The notes beneath the pieces were generated by a model. The model saw only the letters and a list, made by a program, of their open reading frames with translations. It was not told the DNA's origin and ran no database searches. Source: an uncultured Gammaproteobacteria bacterium (lineage in GTDB: Bacteria > Patescibacteriota > Microgenomatia > Daviesbacterales > UBA10151). From it: a DNA stretch of 64,000 nt. Shown one piece after another: positions 60,228 to 64,000 of this stretch; position 1 is the stretch's first letter, and each line of letters starts with the position of its first letter. The stretch lies in assembly GCA_964459095.1 (NCBI GenBank), contig CAYWKL010000001.1, positions 21,253 through 85,252 of the forward strand, read 5' to 3'. Made by a program: the position numbers and the translations under genes.

Positions 60228-61373
60228 GTGTCCAAAACAATTAAAAATCTATTAATTTTGAGTCTAACAGCAATATTTCTAACTATACTTATTTGGCTTC
60301 CGTCAATTTTGGGGTTGAAGAATTTTTATTACATGGATTTTTCGCAAGGTTTCGCGAATATTTATAGAAATTATGATGGTCTTGAATATATAGTAATTGC
60401 AAAAACATTCTATAATCCAACATTAATAGCTAATCTTGGCCAGACTCTTCCTGCAAATTATTATGCTGCCCATTTCCCAGGATATTCATTTCTAATTTTG
60501 ATCTTTGCACCAGTTTTTGGAATGTTAAAGTCTATGCTTTTTGTTTCAAGTTTATTCACGATTCTTTCAGTGTGGGCTTTTTATTTTTTGGTTAAAGACT
60601 TTAAACTCTCGTCTAATCCGCTTTTGCTCTCCATAATTTTTCTTATTCTTCCTGCAAGGTGGCTTATTGTACACTCGATTGGCTCCTCAGAACCCATATT
60701 TATTTTCTTCATAATCTTAGCACTTTATTTTTTCATGAAATTTGAAGAGATTCCAAAACAAAAGTTTATCTGGGCTGCAGCATTTTTTGGTTTAGGAGCA
60801 CAGATAACAAGACCTCCTGGGATTTTACTTTTTGCCTGTCTAGGACTTTACTTAATATGGAAATATCGGGAAAAAATCCTTACTAAAATTTGGAAGTTTT
60901 ATCCCCTTTTACTTATTTCTTTAGGATTACTGGGCGTATTTTATTGGTATTTACTTTCTTATGGTGATTTTTGGGCATATTTTAAAAGTGGAGACAATAT
61001 TCATTTATTATTTCCCCCATTCCAGGTATTTAACTCAAACCAGTTTTGGGTTGGGCAGCATTGGTTGGAAGATATAATTTTAGTTTTTATTTTAGGACTA
61101 TATGGTGGAATTTTACTTATAAAACAAAAACTTCTGCCTTTAGGATTTTTTGTATTAATTTATATTACAGCGTCCTTTTTTGTAGCTCATAGAGATATAA
61201 GTAGATACACACTCCCAGTTTTTCCATTTGTTTTAATTGCATTTGAAAAAGTTTTAGTAAGCAGAGAGTTTAGATTAGTTTTGATAATTTTAGCGCTAGC
61301 TATTTACCTTTATGTCCAAAATTTTATATTAAATAATATTGCACCAATTCCTAATTTAAAGGTTTTTGATTAA
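60228..61373 (+). CDS. PIG-V-like GT-C glycosyltransferase
   Basis: RNYDGLEYIVIA, AAHFPGY, SSEP, TRPPG, DISRY; GTG start. Confidence 0.7.
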   Translation: MSKTIKNLLILSLTAIFLTILIWLPSILGLKNFYYMDFSQGFANIYRNYDGLEYIVIAKTFYNPTLIANLGQTLPANYYAAHFPGYSFLILIFAPVFGMLKSMLFVSSLFTILSVWAFYFLVKDFKLSSNPLLLSIIFLILPARWLIVHSIGSSEPIFIFFIILALYFFMKFEEIPKQKFIWAAAFFGLGAQITRPPGILLFACLGLYLIWKYREKILTKIWKFYPLLLISLGLLGVFYWYLLSYGDFWAYFKSGDNIHLLFPPFQVFNSNQFWVGQHWLEDIILVFILGLYGGILLIKQKLLPLGFFVLIYITASFFVAHRDISRYTLPVFPFVLIAFEKVLVSREFRLVLIILALAIYLYVQNFILNNIAPIPNLKVFD

Positions 61374-61441
61374 GAATTAAACTAATTTCCTGATCTTCTG
61401 ATACACAAAACTGCTATAGCTTAGCGTTGTATCAGACTTAG

Positions 61442-61466
61442 ATATCACACCCCGGGGGTGTGATAT
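61442..61466. repeat. Perfect 12-bp inverted repeat (REP-like palindrome)
   Basis: ATATCACACCCC-G-GGGGTGTGATAT, GC-rich core in an AT-rich window. Confidence 0.8.
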
Positions 61467-61500
61467 TAATTGCACGATGTCGCGCATATTGATTATAGTA

Positions 61501-61528
61501 TTGACAATTGGGGTTTTATATTTATAAT
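61501..61528 (+). promoter_or_regulatory. Consensus sigma70 promoter TTGACA-N16-TATAAT, leaderless
   Basis: TTGACA 61501-61506, TATAAT 61523-61528, 7 nt before ATG 61536. Confidence 0.8.
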
Positions 61529-61535
61529 TCTGATT

Positions 61536-62375
61536 ATGTCTAGAGGAACCCCAGAGTTTACGCCTACAAGTCACATGACAATTAAAGCAGGAGTACCTTT
61601 TAGATTACCTAATATTTATGTTCAGAGTGACATACCAAGATATCCAAGTCATGTAGAAGAATTGTCAGAAGTTACCCTACAAATTCATACTGGAATTTGG
61701 AGAGTTCTGGAAGACCATTTTGTAGCAATTCAAGATCTTCAAGGGATATCAGTTGGTAGATTGCGAAGTTTAAGAAAAGTTAATTTTGAGGGTGCTGATT
61801 TAGACAGACTAAGTAGTGGCAGAAGCGACTCGGAGGCATATATAAACCCAGTTGGGCATTTTTTCCCAAAATTCGATGTAGGGGATGGTCGAGTTCAGGT
61901 TGAGGAAAGTACTTTACCCAGACAAGTAGAATTTGCTCTGTCAGTAGATGGGCCAATACGGTTTGATTCCTTGGGATTCATGATGATTTACCGCGGGGGT
62001 GAAAGAATTGGAGCTAGAGACAGAGACGAACCTAGTTTAGTAGTAGCTCGACCAGGACTTTATTTGGACCGGGTAGACGATCCAATTGATGGAATTATAC
62101 TCCACCCTTTCTGTGCATCTGTTTGCAACGATTATGCAAAAGTGCTATTCCCTCCTGCCAAAATGCATTCTAATCAAGATTTCTTAAGGTATCCATGGTG
62201 GGTTATTTACGATGGAGCCCGACCACCTCTCGAGAATCTCTACAGAATGATTGATGAAATTGACCATCAGCAAAGACAAGAAAATGCACAAAGAATTATG
62301 GCATCTATAGAGGCAGCTGCGAGTAGCGAAACAGACAACCGAGCTCCATCCGATCTTAGCGAAACACACGACTGA
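61536..62375 (+). CDS. Hypothetical soluble protein (no recognisable family)
   Basis: 279-codon ORF starting MSRGTPEF directly after a consensus promoter; higher GC and Lys-poor relative to neighbours. Confidence 0.65.
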   Translation: MSRGTPEFTPTSHMTIKAGVPFRLPNIYVQSDIPRYPSHVEELSEVTLQIHTGIWRVLEDHFVAIQDLQGISVGRLRSLRKVNFEGADLDRLSSGRSDSEAYINPVGHFFPKFDVGDGRVQVEESTLPRQVEFALSVDGPIRFDSLGFMMIYRGGERIGARDRDEPSLVVARPGLYLDRVDDPIDGIILHPFCASVCNDYAKVLFPPAKMHSNQDFLRYPWWVIYDGARPPLENLYRMIDEIDHQQRQENAQRIMASIEAAASSETDNRAPSDLSETHD

Positions 62376-62385
62376 AATCCTTAAA

Positions 62386-63567
62386 CTAATCTCCTTTGTT
62401 TCTCCATGTTATAAAGTGATTAATTGTAAAATTCCAAATCATAACAGGTGGGATTGTGGCAAAGAAATACAAATTATAGTAGGCAACATTAACTCCTAAA
62501 ATATTTACTGTTCCTTCCCCATAAATTAAATCCAAAAGTTTGACTATTAAAACTCCAATAAGTAATCCTCCCAAACTAATTAAATTGAATGTTGCAAACT
62601 TAGAATAAATTGGACTTGTATTTTTTCTGTGTCTAAAGGTCCAAACGTGATTGAGGATAAAGTTATTAACAATTGCTATTTCTGTAGAAAATGCTTTAGA
62701 AGTTGCAGGAGGTGTTCCCAAATAGACTATGAAAACATTATAAAAAATAAAGTCTACTGTTGTTCCTGTTACACCAACTAATCCAAATTTTATTAAAGTT
62801 TTTGCCCTTCTTGTTAAATAAAAGATAGGAATATGTATTCCCCAAGAATTCAGCCTAATATCAAGCGAATAAGTAATAACATCGTAAATATAATTTATAA
62901 CTTTATTTTTTGAATATCCTTCTGCTCTGTTTTTAAAAACAAGCGGGATTTCTTTATACTTCTTGGTATGTAGAGTCAGCTCATGAAGCATTGCAGGTTG
63001 AATAATAAAAGTTTTTTCTTTCCAAGGAAGTTTTTGAATATCTAGCTTGTTAAAAAGTTCTGGGATAAAAGCTCTTGTGGAATTAGTAAACTCATGAACC
63101 TTAAAAGGTCCCATCAGAATTCTACAAAAAAAAGATGCTCCTGAACTAAAAAATTTTCTAGAAGGGGCTAGTAAATTTTTTCCACCTAGAACAAATCTTG
63201 AGCCAATTGCCAGATCATTTCCTTCTTCTATGGTTTTAATTAAACGCACAATTATCTCAGGATCAACTTGCTCGTCAGCATCTATCTGAATCAAAATATC
63301 AGGGTTCAAGTGTTCTAGAGCATATTGATGACCTTTCATTATGGCAACCCCTAATCCTTTTTCCACACTTAAATAATGTACATTTGGGTATTTTTTTTCT
63401 AAGTCTTTTGCAATTCTTGCTGTACCATCTAAAGAGAGGCTATCTACTATTAATATTTCAAGTTTGTGTCCAGGCAGTTTCGTTCCTTGAGATAAAACAT
63501 CTTCTACCATGCTTTTTATGTTCCCCACCTCATTAAAAGTAGGAAGAAGTACTGAGACTGTTTTCAT
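62386..63567 (-). CDS. GT2 polyprenyl-phosphate glycosyltransferase fused to GtrA-like flippase domain
   Basis: LPTFNE, DADEQ, IGSRFVLGG, then KFGLVGVTGTTVD...NNFILNHVWTF...WNFTINHFITW GtrA signature. Confidence 0.85.
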   Translation of the reverse strand: MKTVSVLLPTFNEVGNIKSMVEDVLSQGTKLPGHKLEILIVDSLSLDGTARIAKDLEKKYPNVHYLSVEKGLGVAIMKGHQYALEHLNPDILIQIDADEQVDPEIIVRLIKTIEEGNDLAIGSRFVLGGKNLLAPSRKFFSSGASFFCRILMGPFKVHEFTNSTRAFIPELFNKLDIQKLPWKEKTFIIQPAMLHELTLHTKKYKEIPLVFKNRAEGYSKNKVINYIYDVITYSLDIRLNSWGIHIPIFYLTRRAKTLIKFGLVGVTGTTVDFIFYNVFIVYLGTPPATSKAFSTEIAIVNNFILNHVWTFRHRKNTSPIYSKFATFNLISLGGLLIGVLIVKLLDLIYGEGTVNILGVNVAYYNLYFFATIPPVMIWNFTINHFITWRNKGD

Positions 63568-63590
63568 TTATTTAAGAGATTGTAATTTAT

Positions 63591-63998
63591 TTAGGAGAAT
63601 TTAGCGAGATCAGAATCCACCATCATTCCTATTAACTCTTTGAACTTTATTTTTGCTTCCCAACCTAGAGTTTGTTTTGCTTTTGCAGGGTTACCACACA
63701 AAGGACCAGTTTCTAAAGGTCTTATAAATCGATCCGAAACCTCTACATGATCTTGCCAATTTAAACCTGCGTGAGCAAAGGCAACCTCAACCATTTCTCT
63801 TATAGAATGAGTCTCGCCTGTTGCTATTACAAAATCATCAGGAGTCTCTTGTTGCATAATCAAATAAATTGCTTCAATGTATTCTTTTGCATACCCCCAG
63901 TCACGCTGCGCGTCCAAATTGCCCATTTCCAATTTCCAGTCTCTTGTAACAATTGGTCTTCCTGCTTCGTTTAAAGGAGGGCTTTTAACTTTGTTTGC
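63591..63998 (-). CDS. gmd: GDP-mannose 4,6-dehydratase, C-terminal part (gene starts beyond window end)
   Basis: GNLDAQRDWGYAKEY, QQETPDDFVIATGETHS, RPLE, KAKQTLGW; frame open to window edge. Confidence 0.9.
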   Translation of the reverse strand, partial: ANKVKSPPLNEAGRPIVTRDWKLEMGNLDAQRDWGYAKEYIEAIYLIMQQETPDDFVIATGETHSIREMVEVAFAHAGLNWQDHVEVSDRFIRPLETGPLCGNPAKAKQTLGWEAKIKFKELIGMMVDSDLAKFS

Positions 63999-64000
63999 AA

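Noticed and set aside
61397-61436. AAC...GTT interrupted hairpin resembling an integron attC site or c-di-GMP riboswitch fragment
   Set aside because: Only 14 nt between AAC and GTT, too short for attC, no integrase; lacks the GNRA stem and other riboswitch elements; not a tRNA cloverleaf.
61377-61574. 65-aa minus-strand ORF (or 36-aa version from ATG 61487)
   Set aside because: Overlaps promoter and palindromes, no recognisable features; ATG lies only 4 nt from the -10 box, too close for a leaderless start.
1-64000. Alternative genetic code 25, CRISPR arrays, tRNA/rRNA, IS elements
   Set aside because: TGA acts as stop at coupled ATGA junctions with full-length proteins; no repeat-spacer arrays, RNA genes or transposases detected by eye.

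Overview
AT-rich, gene-dense 64 kb window (about 51 CDS, many with overlapping stop/start codons, standard code with TGA as stop) that is almost entirely one giant cell-surface glycosylation locus. The style (DUF5667 protein, little evidence of Shine-Dalgarno sites, -10 boxes right in front of start codons, huge GT-C expansion) suggests a Patescibacteria/CPR genome of the Microgenomates type; this is inference. Contents: a plus-strand nucleotide-sugar cassette (Gfo/Idh/MocA oxidoreductase, hexapeptide N-acetyltransferase, two DegT aminotransferases, NAD epimerase, acetyltransferase-GT2 fusion); about 21 full-length polytopic GT-C-fold glycosyltransferases of several subfamilies (ArnT/PMT-like, YfhO/PTPS-related, PIG-V-like, GT87/PIG-M-like, and two with an STT3/AglB-like C-terminal domain, one carrying a WYDTG motif); 11 GT2s (six of the polyprenyl-phosphate-sugar synthase type); 3 GT4s; four flippase-type proteins or domains; tailoring enzymes (SAM methyltransferase, SGNH protein); an orphan higher-GC gene with a consensus promoter next to a structured intergenic region; and the 3' end of gmd. 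The best candidate for a new system is an archaeal/eukaryote-like lipid-linked glycan assembly line with extracytoplasmic GT-C elaboration and possible oligosaccharyltransferase(s), including a hydrolase/deacetylase-GT-C fusion whose modules are shuffled across three genes. All family calls come from motif recognition by eye; no database search was run. No tRNA, rRNA, CRISPR array or transposase was seen.
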